The notes under the pieces are model-generated. The model was not told where the DNA came from. It did not search any database and was given only the letters and a program-made list of their open reading frames with translations. Positions 11,490-23,757 of a stretch of 36,397 nucleotides of DNA are shown in pieces. The position numbers and the translations under genes were made by a program. The stretch comes from Octopus bimaculoides. Its lineage: Eukaryota. Numbering within the stretch: the stretch's first letter is position 1; the number at the start of each line of letters is the position of its first letter. The stretch is taken from contig NC_068991.1 in assembly GCF_001194135.2 (NCBI RefSeq), positions 45,449,810 through 45,486,206 of the forward strand. The letters run 5' to 3'.

Positions 11490-11843
11490 ACGATGGCACC
11501 TGTGCCCAGCGTCGCCTTCCTGGCACTTGTGCTGGTGGCACGTGTAAAGACATTCGAGCGCGATCGTTGCCAGTGCCGCTGGACTGGCTCCTGTGCAGGT
11601 GGCACGTAAAATACACCATTTTGAGCGTGGCCGTTACCAGTACCGACTTACTGGCCTTCGTGCCGGTGGCACGTAAAAGCACCCACTACACTCTCGGAGT
11701 GGTTGGCGTTAGGAAGGGCATCCAGCTGAAGAAACTCTGCCAAATCAGATTGGAGCCTGGTGTAGCCATCTGGTTCACCGGTCCTCAGTCAAATCGTCCA
11801 ACCCATGCTAGCATGGAAAGTGGACGTTAAACGATGATGATGA
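11490..11843 (+). mobile_element. (GAT)n-tailed retroposon, young CpG-rich copy
   Basis: Near-identical to 512-855 and 16665-17023. Confidence 0.88.
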
Positions 11844-12565
11844 ATTAGCATACAAAATTAAATCAGTAAACCAAATTTGAAAACAATTGGCACAAAATTT
11901 CAAAACAGAAAACTGTGACAGCAACAAAAAAAAGATCCTCTATATTTGCACAGGTTGGACGAATATGTTCTATACATATATGTGTGTGTATGTTTATGTT
12001 TATGTGTATGTTTAAGTCAATCACTCAGTCCTGTAATTGAGCAGAAAATATTTAAAAATACATTTGCTTATTCAAATATTTGTAGCGTATTTATTTGTGG
12101 TCAGATTACTTTGAAAGTTGGCTGTGTTGTAGAAAATACTTAGTTTTTAGTTTTAATGTAAATTCTCATTTGTGCTAAAAATTAATGCTGTGCACATTTG
12201 ATTGCTAATTTATTCTACTGACTAGCACTCTGTTGGTTATGGCAACGAGGCATCCAGTTGATCCATTCAACGAAACGGCCTGCTTGTAAAATTAAATTGC
12301 TAGTGGCTGAGCACTCCAAAGACACGTATATATCCTCAATGTAGTTCTTAGAGAGGTTCAGCATGATATGGAATGTGACAAAGCTGTCTCTTTGAAAGAA
12401 AGGTACAACTCAGTTTTGCCAGCGGACGTGACTAGAGCAACATGAAATAAAGTGTCTTGCTCAAGGATACAATGTACCACTGAAATGAAACTCGTGACTG
12501 TGAGCTGAATACCCAAATCACTAAACCATGTGGCTTCACAGCTGCCTATTTATTATATACTAGTA

Positions 12566-12781
12566 TAAGGTGGCGAGCTGGCAGAATCGTTAGCGTGTCA
12601 AGCAAAACACTTAGCAGCATTTCGTCTGTCTTTATGTCTGAGTTCACATTCTGTTGGTGTCGACTTTGCCTTTCATCCTTTCGGAGTTGATAAATTAAGT
12701 ACCAGTGAAATACTTGGGGTCGATATAATTGACTAATTCCCTCCCTGAAAATTTCAGGCTTGTGCCTTTAGTAGAAAGGAT
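12566..12781 (+). mobile_element. CORE-type tRNA SINE with probable TSD
   Basis: Head aaggtggcgagctggcagaa and core tttgcctttcatcctttcggagttgataaattaagtaccag. The flanking direct repeat ttatatacta(g/a)ta is at about 12553 and about 12781. Confidence 0.85.
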
Positions 12782-14116
12782 TATATACTAATAAAAAAAA
12801 AAACCACTCAAAAAGACAATGCAAAGAATTGTTAGTAATAAATTAAATGTAATTGGTAACAGACAAGGACATATGTCTGTTACCAATAAAAGAAAGAATG
12901 TTATTTCCTTGACTCTTTTGTACTTTTTTCACTTTGAAACTTACAGGTAAGCTAATTTGTTCCTTTTAGAGTTAACATTCACGAAAATTGTACATGAAAG
13001 TTTCAATAAAACCTCTGTAAATAAATCACAAAACTTGAGCAACAGGTGCATCAATTTTAATAGCAAATGTTATAGAATGTAAATAACTGCTGGAAGTAAG
13101 GATTAAAGTTTTCTCCCTTAGTTTGGAGAGTTCAAAACTTGCTTTAAAACTAACAATATCGGACCAATTATTCAGCAAGCTTGAGACCAGAAGTGTCTTG
13201 GATTTTGGGATTTTCTGTTTTTTTTTTTTTTTTGAGACAGTCTAAATATGCGCTTAAAATATAAAATAAAGTATCAGAATTAAAGTGCTAAATTGTATTT
13301 AATAGATTCAAATTAACGTGTGTGTGTGTCTTTGTGCCTGTCCTCCACCACCACTCGACAACCAGTGTTGGTATGTTTATGTCCCACAACTTAGTTATTC
13401 AGCAAAAGAGGCCAACAGAATAAACACTTGGCTTAAAAAAAAAAAAAAAAGTCGTAGGGATGATCTGTTTGATTGAAACACTCAAGGCAGTACCCCAGCA
13501 TGGTCACAGTCAATTGACTGAAGCAAATAAAAGAATAAAAGATAGTATTTTGATTCAGGTAGTTTCAGGTGGAACAACACTCAAAGATATTCCCTTTTGA
13601 GCAGATTTGTGTTGCATGGAATGTTAAAAGTTAACAACGGCAGTGCATCAGCATGGCCACAGCTCTGAGCTGAAACTATAAAAAAAAAAAAAAATCTAGT
13701 TCATTTGTAGCTGTGCAGGTATTTGTATATAGCAGTATTGGGTGGTATTTGTATAAAGAAGTGGGTAAGTGGGAGTCAGTGAAATGATTAGCAAATTCAC
13801 TTTGCAGACATGACATGCCAGGTCGAATCCTCTGTGAGGCACCTAAAACTGGTTGGATGGAAACACTTTGAAAACCTGTTGAGTAAACTGTACTTGTAAT
13901 TCAAACGGCCTGCTTTCTGATACATTGTGTCATGCTATCTCAATGTTATTGCTATATTAAATGTCTTTGGCATACTTGTCCACTGAACGTCACTGTAGGC
14001 AAATGTCTTCTACAATGGTATTGGACCAACCCAAATTAACTTCCCCTAGGTAGAGCTTCTTAACTAATTCACATCTTAACTATTTGCTTTTCTAATTTCA
14101 TATTGTGTATTTACAG

Positions 14117-14295
14117 GAAGATGATAATGACACCGATGTTCTAAATGAAAGTGATGATGATGACGATGGTTTCATTGTTGATGGTGGTGGAGGTGATGAT
14201 GATGCTAGCGTTAATAATGTAAACTCTGAGAAGGAAGAGGATGAAAATGGCAGCACGCAAAAATTCTCAGGATTCACATATGGAAACACATCTAA
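14117..14295 (+). CDS. CLSPN: Claspin acidic-patch exon, EDDNDTDVLNESDDDDDGFIVDGGGGDDDASVNNVNSEKEEDENGSTQKFSGFTYGNTS(K)
   Basis: tttacag acceptor and gtatga donor at 14296. The frame is open and D/E-rich, and phases fit both neighbours. Confidence 0.9.
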
Positions 14296-14344
14296 GTATG
14301 AATTCTAAAGCATTCTGTGTGTGTGTGCATATGTGTGTAACATG

Positions 14345-14391
<47 letters not shown>

Positions 14392-14401
14392 NNNNNNNNN
14401 N

Positions 14402-14417
<16 letters not shown>

Positions 14418-14440
<23 letters not shown>

Positions 14441-14745
14441 TGATATGATGCAATAGGATATGATATGATATATAACAGGATATGATACGGTATATAATAG
14501 GATACAATATATAATAGAATGCAATACATTATATAGTAGGATACAATATGACATGATATATAATCATGATATGTAATATGGTATATATATATATAATGAT
14601 ATGATACAATATACATGATATGATATGTAATATAATGTATATAATGATATGATGTATATTATATTATATGATGATATATATGATACGATATATGATATAT
14701 ATAATATAATGATATTATATGATATATGATATGAGATATAATATA
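14418..14745. repeat. Degenerate (ATATG/GATAT)-type low-complexity tandem repeat
   Basis: Continuous variants of gatatgatata and ataatata next to (TA)n and a 10-N gap. Confidence 0.85.
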
Positions 14746-14912
14746 TGCTACTCTCTGAGTGGTTGGCGTTAGGAAGGGCATCCAGCTGTAGAAACTCTGC
14801 CAAATTAGATTGGAGCCTGGTGTTGCCATCCGGTTTCACCAGTCCTCAGTCAAATCGTCCAACCCATGCTAGCATGGAAAGCGGACGTAAAACGATGATG
14901 ATGATGATGATG
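14746..14912 (+). mobile_element. 5'-truncated copy of the (GAT)n-tailed family
   Basis: ctactctctgagtggttggcgttagg...cgatgatgatgatg is nearly identical to the 3' half of 512-855. Confidence 0.88.
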
Positions 14913-15149
14913 ATATGTGATATATATATGATATATATAATATAATGATTTGATATATAATATATGATTTGATTCTGTCAAAACAGTCTCAGAAGTCTGG
15001 TGCAGGCTTCTGCCTGGCCAGCTCCTGTCAAACCATCCCACCCATGGCAGCATAGAAGGGGAATGTTAAATGATGAACGATGATGATTATATTTGAATTT
15101 CCACTTCAGTATTGAGGCTTTAAGTGTTTTTTTTATCTGTGTGTGTGTT

Positions 15150-15203
<54 letters not shown>

Positions 15204-15696
15204 AGGGGGTATCCAAAAGTAGTTCAGGCTTCAGCTGCAAGAGGCAACTTGATGCAATCCTCAGGCAAAATATTCAAACTTAGAGTCTGATGTCTTTACA
15301 AGATATCAATTCCACAGGGTAAAGAATGGCTATAGGAGGGATCGAATTGGGCGGATACAGAAGCAATTATGCAGATAAACAGATTAGATATACTGAATAT
15401 TATAATTTGGATATGAAATACAAAATGTGTATGTATGTATGTATACATGCCAAAGAAGAGAAAGCAAAAGGTGGAGACTTTCAGATGATGAACATTTAAG
15501 TATAAAGATACAGATATTTATATTAATAGATCCAACTTACAGAGTACAAACATGTATACCTATTTTGTATTTCATTCACTAACTATTATATTTAATATCT
15601 AATTTGTTTATATGCATAAATGCCTATGTGTGTGTCACTGAGTCACTGCATTATTTATTTAAAAAATATATCTTCTCTTTCTCATCTATATTACAG

Positions 15697-15740
15697 GAAA
15701 ATCAGAAGGGAATTTTTGGAAGATGAAGCTGAACTCTCAG
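15697..15740 (+). CDS. CLSPN: Claspin exon, KIRREFLEDEAELS(G)
   Basis: ttacag acceptor and gtgaga donor at 15741. It matches human RKYLEDEAEVSG (start of the Mrc1-like region), and phases fit. Confidence 0.95.
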
Positions 15741-15799
15741 GTGAGATTACTTCATATATTTTATTTTATGGAATAATAATTATAATAATAATAATAATA

Positions 15800-16110
15800 A
15801 TGATAAAGCAAAGACTGAAGTTTTCATATCGGCGGCACAAAAATGAAAGCTTGCTTACCAAAAACTACCAGGCTAACGTTCTTCAAAATGGTTCTGACCC
15901 TAAATGCAGATTCTGTGATAAATTTGATGAAACTATAGACCATCTCGTCTCAGGATGTCCTGTGCTGACACCAAACAAATCCCAAAATCACCATTATAGG
16001 GTTGGAGAGTATTTACATTGGAAAATATGCAAGGCCTACAAAATCAGCACTCCTGCTTACTGGTATGAACATCATCCTGTGCTGGTCATTGAAGGTAAAA
16101 ATGTCGGTAT
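15800..16110 (+). mobile_element. R4/Dong-like (RLE-type) LINE fragment with CCHC zinc knuckle
   Basis: ESLLTKNYQANVLQNGSDPKCRFCDKFDETIDHLVSGC...VGEYLHWKICKAY...WYEHHP has the CxxC...H...C knuckle and WYEH motif. It is preceded directly by (ATA)n. Confidence 0.85.
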
Positions 16111-16664
16111 CCCTTTACCCTCTCAGACCTGGGGCCCCTGTGTCTAACTTAACCCTTTACCTGAGTTCCTGACCAAAAAACAAATAGTTGCATTTGCAGC
16201 TCAAGGGTGATGATTGCAGACAAATTGATGGAGAGAATCACAAATAAACTCAAGAGAATAATAATAAGTTTACCCCTGAACTACCATATTTGTTCATTAT
16301 AGGCAAACTAATGGACAGTCACAAAAAAAAATTCGGGAGACTAACAGTTATAAGCCCATCTCTCAACTACAGTGTTTGTTCTCCTGGATTGCTACTTTGT
16401 TCATATCTTTTGCCAATTTGGTTGTCCACATCACTCTTATTGTCTGTGTAAGGATAAACTCTTCATCTGAAGAATAAATATCATCAGGAATTTCCTTAGC
16501 TGTAAATATCTAGGCCTTACTTGTTTACCTGATGAAGTGCTGGATCTGTTATATGCTTGTTTCATTGCAAAAAAAAAAAAATTTATTAAAAACAAAAGTA
16601 GCTGACAGCTATGGGGAACACTAGTAACAATGAGTCATAAACACGACTTGGGGCAAGCGAAAGC

Positions 16665-17023
16665 GAAATCGGGATAGCACCTGTGCCCAGCGTCGCTTTT
16701 CTGGCACTTGTGACCGTGACGTGTAAGGATTTTCGAGCGAGATCGTTGCCAGTGCCCCTGGACTGGCTCTTGTGCGGGTGGCACATAAAATGCACCATTT
16801 TGAGCATGGCTGTTGCCAGGACTGCCTGACTGGCCTTCGTGCGGGTGACACGTAAAAGCACCCACTACACTCTCTGAGTGGTTGGCGTTAGGAAGGGCAT
16901 CGAGCTGTAGAAACTCTGCCAAATCAGATTGGAGCCTGGTGTAGCCATCTGGTTTCACCAGTCCTCAGTCAAATCGTCCATCCCATGCTAGCATGGAAAG
17001 CGGACGTTAAACGATGATGATGA
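16665..17023 (+). mobile_element. (GAT)n-tailed retroposon, young copy
   Basis: Near-identical to 11490-11843. Confidence 0.88.
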
Positions 17024-17270
17024 AGTGTTACATGAAAAAAAATGCAGATTATTTTATTCAAGCAAGCTAATTTTGTACAATGGCCCGTTATCACGTCAAG
17101 CATGTGTGTCTTTTCAGCATGGGGTAGCATGTTATATATATAGAGGGAGAAGTGATACTGGTATTCATAATTTGAGAATCGTTGTACCAATATTTTACTG
17201 TTGTTTCTTTCACTACATGGAATGTGTAGTGAAAGGAGCAGGTAATTCAGCCGTAAACATTGCTTTAGAT

Positions 17271-17452
17271 CAGTGTTCCACAACCTTTTTTCACTCATGG
17301 CACATATTCTTTTCAAAATTTGGCAGCACACTTGAGCTAAAAATATATCTTAAAGTATAGGGAAAAAAATTATATTCAGGTTACACTGTGACATACCTAG
17401 TATCATTTCGTGGTACACCAGTGTGCTACAGCATACTGGTTGCAGAGCACTG
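17271..17452. mobile_element. hAT (Charlie-like) MITE with 8-bp TSD
   Basis: Imperfect TIR cagtgttccacaacc / ggttgcagagcactg. An identical 8-bp flank ctttagat with central TA is at 17263-17270 and 17453-17460. Confidence 0.88.
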
Positions 17453-17534
17453 CTTTAGATTAAAACTGAAGTCAGTAGCAGAATAGTCCACTTTTTCCCA
17501 TATTAAACACATTCAAGACAAAAGATTACATACA

Positions 17535-17780
17535 CAAAAGTGGGCTGACAAAGTTAGGAGTTACCGTTGCTGCAAAGAGGTGGGATATAAATTCTATCAT
17601 TGAAGCTACAAAGAAGGCCACTAGGTGGCTTTTGATAAGAAGTGCATGCTGCTGGGGTTGCAAGCTGGGACTTGATCAGCTACGGCTGTGTCAACTGGAT
17701 GAGAGGTTCTGATGTTGACAGACGTTGAACCCGTCGAGGCCCCTGAAACATTACTGATGATGCATCCCAGAGTTTCCCCA
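17535..17780 (+). mobile_element. Hero-like (R2 superfamily) LINE 3' end
   Basis: It translates as LTKLGVTVAAKRWDINSIIEATKKATRWLLIR (compare the Hero C-terminus LTKLG...EAAEKASRWLWIKR). The following UTR ends acattactgatgatgcatcccag. Confidence 0.7.
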
Positions 17781-19186
17781 AGATGTATCTTAAAAGCTAC
17801 CTACATTCAAAAGTTTTTAAAAGTAGTATAAGAAAAATGAAAATTGTATGGGAGGCAACTCTGCAAGTGATTGTCTCCCTTAGCTTATATATGTATCAGT
17901 TCTTAGGGTTCGTAGTGAATAACCATTTAAAAAATTTAATACAGTTATTTTTTTTTTTTACCTGTAAAAGTGACTGCATTAAATTGATTATTCCTCCTTT
18001 TTGTAGATGTCATGTCAGCTGGCGTTAGCTTTTCACCACTTTTGTCAACTGACCGACAATAGACCGTATACGTGGTAGATAGAAGAGACGAAATCCCTGA
18101 CATTTCACCTTACCTTATTAAGTAACAAAAGGATGCATTGCTTAATGTCATCTAAGACATCCTTAAAAAGACGGGCCCCCAACCTCCAAACCACGAGTCA
18201 TTTGGTACCAGGCTGTAACTATCAGAGTCAGCAAGGTGCTTTTGCTTATATATCTGATCGTGAATTCCACCCATAACCATCACATAGTTTATCTCAAATT
18301 GCACCATTTAAATTGGCTTTCTTTATATTTGTAAATTTAAAAATTTTCCCAACATCAAAAATTATATCATCATTATAATCACCCTGTTATCATCATATCA
18401 AAAAATCAATCATCATTGTCATAAGTAGAATGATGATGCTTTGCTACTATATAGTTATTTTAAACCATTTTTTGTATAATGCAGTTATGGTGGTGAATTA
18501 ACAGAGTTGTTGCAGTTTCAGATAAAATACTTTGTGGTTTTCATTCAGGCTTTTTTATGTCCTTAGTTCAAATCCCACTGAGATCAAGTTTGACATTCAT
18601 CTCTCTGGGGTCAATGAAATAAAGTGCCGCTGAAATATTGGGGTTGTTTCCCACTTTCTTTCTTCTCTCTTTTGGTGTTTCTGATTCTTCTTATTCTATA
18701 AGAATTGACTGTGCTCTGCTTTAAAGAAGGTTGTAGGAGACCACTTAAAGTGTCAGTGATGTTGGATTGAGATTGGAGGTCCTGCTAACTGGGTAAAAAT
18801 CTACAGAGCTAAGAAGAGTGACTCACACTTCTTCGCAGTTTCAGAGGAAATAGACGTAAGGGAAGGGGTGTAATCTTTGTGAAATTGAGCCTCTTGCTGT
18901 TCAGATTGGGTATCAGTCTATTGCTAAATGTTTGCAAAAAAACACTTGAGAGAGATGTGAAATTTCATAGAGTAACAGTTTTTGATCTGGGCATGAAGTG
19001 TTTACTGGGAGAGCTGCAAGATCAGATACTGTAAGGTAAGTGTGTCGGGAGAGGTAGGGATGAGTGGGTCAGAGATTTTAATATAGTTTTGCTATGGCTT
19101 TGTCTACTAAATAATCTACAATTGCCTGCATTGACTGATTTTTTTCATTCACCACTAAATATATACTAACAACTCAGGACCATTTA

Positions 19187-19680
19187 TACACACATTCCCA
19201 CACTCCACTACCACTTATACACACATTCCCACACTCCACTACCACTTATACACACATTCCCATGCCAAAACCACTTGTGTGCACATTCCCACATGTCAAC
19301 ACCACTTATGCACACTTCTCACATTCCAACTTCACTTGTGCACACATTCCCACATGACAGCACCACTTGTGTACGCCCACGTCAGCACCACATGCACACG
19401 CATTTCTGCATGCCAGCGCTACTTGCATACACTTTCTCACATTTCAGCTCCACTTGTGCACGCATTCCCACATCTCAACGCTACTTGTGCATCCTTCCCA
19501 CATGTCAACACCACTTGTGCATGTTAGGACAACTTATGCATGCATTTTCACATGTCAGCACCACTTGTGTATGCATTTTCACATCTCAGCACCACTTGTG
19601 TATGCATTCCCATATGTCAGCACCACTTACATACACACTCCTACATGTCGGTACCATTTATGCACACATTCTCCACACAC
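19187..19680. repeat. 31-bp minisatellite, about 16 diverged units, consensus tgcacacattcccacatgtcagcaccacttg
   Basis: Units are readable directly and the first two are identical. The array explains the overlapping C/H-rich ORFs at 19275-19724. Confidence 0.92.
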
Positions 19681-19735
19681 CAATGTCACTGCAAAACACC
19701 GACACAACTTATGTTAACATTTGAATATCTTTTAG

Positions 19736-19865
19736 GGAGTGAATATGACAGTGATGAGAACGATAATCTGGATGATGAATTTGACGTGATGGAAGAGGAG
19801 GAGGGTGACAAGGACGTCACACTTGATAATGATGAGCTTCGTAACCAGGTCGGCAGAGTGCATCT
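19736..19865 (+). CDS. CLSPN: Claspin exon, SEYDSDENDNLDDEFDVMEEEEGDKDVTLDNDELRNQVGRVH(L)
   Basis: ttttag acceptor and gtaagt donor at 19866. It aligns with human SEDEYD...SDEELQSQIKKIH, and phases fit. Confidence 0.94.
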
Positions 19866-19990
19866 GTAAGTTAATCTGACTCTTGTTGTTGTTGCTATGG
19901 TTTCTGTTGTTTGAATGCTGTTGGTATTATTTTATAACATAAATGAATAAGGATTTACAAATGTCTGTGTGGAAGCTGAAAATTTGTTAA

Positions 19991-20206
19991 CCCTTTTGAT
20001 ACCATATTTCTGTTGAGATGCTCTGTGTTTCTTTATTTTAAATATAACAAAGAATTTAGTATAATAACTTCGTTATCATTAAGCTAGTGTTAGGAACATA
20101 AATTGTGACCAAGGTTTGGTGGAGGATTTTAATTCAGAATATTTGAAAACAAGACATTTGTACTACAGAGCCAGAGGTGGTTTCAGCTGGGTTGGTATCA
20201 AAAGGG
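19991..20206. mobile_element. piggyBac-type MITE (family 2), complete
   Basis: Perfect 14-bp TIR cccttttgatacca / tggtatcaaaaggg, with TTAA at 19987-19990 and 20207-20210. Confidence 0.9.
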
Positions 20207-20700
20207 TTAATAGTGTCACTTTGCTTGGTGGGTATGAAATCAGTTCCTAGATCAGGGAATCTGTATGCATTCTGCTTCAAATGTAAGAGCAAGTGTTATC
20301 GAGCGCAAGCATGGCTCTGTGGTAGGAAGCATATTTTTCCACCATGTGGTGCTTGGGTTCAGTCCCACTGCATGGCGGCACCTTGAGCAAGTATCTTCTA
20401 CTATATATACAATTTCAAATTTCACTATAGGTTGTATCTGTATCAGGACAACCCCCACCCCCTGACAACTATCCCTTAGGGCAATTACCCCCTCTCCAAA
20501 TATATTAAGATGTCTTAAATCAGCTGTTGTTCTCAAGCAATTATACTTTGGGTGTTATTGTCCATGGGGTGGGGGTAAGTGTCCTAGACTCATATCACAT
20601 GTATGGGATATATTTTTTTTATGGGGAAAATGCAAAAGTAAGAGTGAATTTTATGAGTGCTTTGTATTAAGTCTATAAAATTGTGCATAAAGTATATAAA

Positions 20701-20745
<45 letters not shown>

Positions 20746-21455
20746 AAATGCATTAAGTAATCATTGTATTCCAATTTCTTTCACTTCTCAATGAGTAGCA
20801 GATGAGCGACTATCTTTCCATACAGACACAACACAGGCTATGCTTTCAGGGCTTTTGGATAAAGTTTTTAGAAATAACCCAATAGGTTTACCATTAATTC
20901 CATGAAATATTAATGGATCCTGCTAGCATGTATCATTCTACCCATGATGACCAGGTAAAATGAATATAAATATATAAAGGAAAAATATAATAGAAAATCT
21001 GTCAGGTAACATAGATGACAAAAATATTGGTTTGGTCAGCAATGTCAAATTCATTTGGCTTTGTGGACCGGGTTTAACCATAAATTAAATCTCATGTACT
21101 AGATCGGGACAATTATTCCTGAAGTCCCTATTCATAATGCAGGCCAAATTAAGTGGATAAATGGAACAGTTTAAATTGTAACAACTCTGAATGCATGCTT
21201 GTAATATTTTACAGAATATTTTAAAATTAGAAATAATAAAAAATTCTGTTTATAAAATCAAGCTGGGAGCTAGACCAAGCATTGTGGAGATCCTGACCTA
21301 GTCCAAAGGTTGTATACTCGTTTCTCTCTGTCCCTCCTCCTCTCCATCATCCTGGGTTATGTTGTACTTATTGTACTGCCAGAATTGTAATTCTGTTCTC
21401 TGATCCATCATCTCTTTTCTTAACTCTTTTTTTACCTTTCCTATACACCATGTAG

Positions 21456-21577
21456 TAAGAAGATGATTGATGATGATAAACGGGAAGTGATGAAATTGCA
21501 AGAGATGTACCTTCCTGATGGTGACCTCTATTCTGAAGGGGCCGGCAGGAAACGGCAGTTTAGATGGAAATACATTG
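21456..21577 (+). CDS. CLSPN: Claspin exon, [40 protein letters not shown]
   Basis: tgtag acceptor and gtaaga donor at 21578. This is the diagnostic match to human [40 protein letters not shown]. Confidence 0.97.
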
Positions 21578-21861
21578 GTAAGAATTCTATCCCTTTTGTT
21601 AATTTAGTCTTTTCTTTGCCATCTTTTTCCCTCCTTCTAAAATGTTTTTTTCTCAATTCTTCTATTTTCTTTAGTTTTTCTGTTGTCATTTCCCCTATCA
21701 ACAAATCATCCACAGGCTTTGCACATTTGGAGGCTTGTAAAAAATCCCTTAGTTGAAAACTAGGTAGAGAAGTTGGCAACAGGAAGGGGATCTAGCCATA
21801 AAACAATACCTCAATAATATATTTGTCGAAACCATACCTTTTTTTTTTTCTTTGATGATAG

Positions 21862-21989
21862 ATGAAAACTCACAGCAAGATATGTTCCATCATGAATCGG
21901 ATAAGGAAGAAAATGAGGAAGAAGAAGGAGATGATCTGAAGTGGAGAGTTGAGAGACACAACCGTGAGAAATGGTTGGCTGAAAATGTG
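21862..21989 (+). CDS. CLSPN: Claspin exon, (D)ENSQQDMFHHESDKEENEEEEGDDLKWRVERHNREKWLAENV
   Basis: T-rich acceptor ending atag and gtgagt donor at 21990. It matches human DDASQMDLFHRDSD...RWRKERIEREQWL. Confidence 0.96.
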
Positions 21990-22404
21990 GTGAGTTTATT
22001 TTGTTGCTTTATTTCAATTAATTTTGGAAATTATGAAGTATTTAGTCAAAATAATTTATATCTCCTGATCAAGCTGGTGTTTGGAACATGACTTAATGAT
22101 GTAAGATTTTTATTTAGGTTACTTTAAAGCAGGAAGGACTGTCAGAAATGGACAGTCTCAAGCAAAGTGGTATCAAAAGGGTTAATCTACTGCCTCTTTT
22201 ATCATCATTTTATGTTCATTTCTCATGCTAGCATGGGTTGGACAAGTCATGGTCTGAGTCTGTTCTTATTTGAAGCTACTTCTCTCATAGATGGGTTGGA
22301 GGACTGTTTCATTTGCATATTCTATTTTAGGCTTGGTTTCTATGTTAGAATATCTCTCCCAATGCCACTATCACTTTATGTAGTATACTACTTGCATTTT
22401 ATTG

Positions 22405-22788
22405 TGGCATCAGCACTGGAGTAGTTGTCATGTCTTCAGCAAACTAAAGAGTCCTCACTCTCTTACATTGTCACCTTTTAGAGTGTAGTGGCATCAGCAT
22501 TTAATGGACTACCTTGTCTCCTGCAATACTAAAGAATCCTCATTAATTCAAAGTAAACCTAACCAAGAGAAAATCAAGATGGTTTTTAATTNNNNNNNNN
22601 NTGGCATCAGCACTGGAGTAGTTGTCATGTCTTCAGCAAACTAAAGAGTCCTCACTCTCTTACATTGTCACCTTTTAGAGTGTAGTGGCATCAGCATTTA
22701 ATGGACTACCTTGTCTCCTGCAATACTAAAGAATCCTCATTAATTCAAAGTAAACCTAACCAAGAGAAAATCAAGATGGTTTTTAATT
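22405..22788. repeat. 187-bp direct duplication flanking a 10-N gap (probable unmerged contig overlap)
   Basis: 22405-22591 is repeated at 22602-22788, and the two copies end and start exactly at the gap. Confidence 0.9.
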
Positions 22789-23757
22789 CCTTCTCATTGT
22801 CTTGACCGTTTTAGATGCCATGTGATTATTTACATTTTAACCCTTAAACGTCTAAATTGACCATATCTGTCCAAAATATTCTACCTATTTTATGTGCAAA
22901 CTGGCCAGCTCCAGCCTCTCACACCTACCCTACAATGTCATTCTAAAAATAAACAATCACATCATCGAAATCTTGAAGCTATGAGATTAATGCATGATTA
23001 ACTCAAAACTGTGTGAATAAATAAACAAATATTACATTTGATTGGGTAATCTGAATGTGAAAGGGACAAACATACTCTTGGAGTCAAGTTGTTGGTGTTA
23101 CTGCTGAATTCCAGGTCAGTCCTGATTGAGTAGCTATATGATTCAAGGTGTTCAAACCATGACCATCCTGCCTTGTTTACAAGGAACCCGAGACTATGCA
23201 ATATATCTTTTTCTTAGACAGTGGAGACATTTGAGGAAAATTTGGTTGCTATTTCTAACAGGCTGAGTACCTATGTAGAAGCTCTCTCATTGGCTTTTAG
23301 AGTGTTGAGTGCTGGGCATGGTTGCCAAGGCATTGTATACTCTTCAAATTCTAGGTATTCTATGGCTTTAAGTGCCATCAGCAAAATCTAGTCTGTTGCA
23401 AATGTTTGGATTAGGTCTTCAATCAAGAGAACAGCTCAGTTCCTTGATGTTCTGCTTCTTATGGCACTTTACATAGTTTGGTAGAGGATACAAGCTGAAG
23501 AGGTGTTCCAACAGAAGTTCACTGTCAGATACAACAGGGATCTGGATCTTAAATCCTATGCAGGTTGCTACCTTATTTGCTTACATTTCCACTTGCTGCC
23601 ACTAAGATCCAACTGATCTGTTTACCAAACTTGAACTGGTTGTTGTAGCACTTATGATTGTTTTTTTTTTAACTCCAGCACAGCTGCGATGAAGCTGATC
23701 TATGGATCAAAGCCATGACCATTCTGTAGTTATCTTGTTTATTTTCAGTCTTGGATT

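Noticed and set aside
16360-16660. Minus-strand acidic stretch (AKEIPDDIYSSDEEF) reminiscent of a piggyBac transposase N-terminus
   Set aside because: It is short and frameshifted, with no catalytic motif or clear TIR, so it is not supportable without a search.
19187-19680. CRISPR-like regularly spaced repeats
   Set aside because: The units are contiguous with no unique spacers, the context is eukaryotic, and there are no cas genes.
19275-19724. Overlapping Cys/His-rich ORFs resembling zinc-finger or metallothionein proteins
   Set aside because: They are translations of the 31-bp minisatellite, which is open in several frames, and they lack regular C2H2 spacing.
23200-23590. Possible minus-strand RT remnant (RLDFADG), and a similar vague coding-like tract at 18720-19080
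   Set aside because: These are single weak motifs amid many stops, and no family can be assigned by eye.
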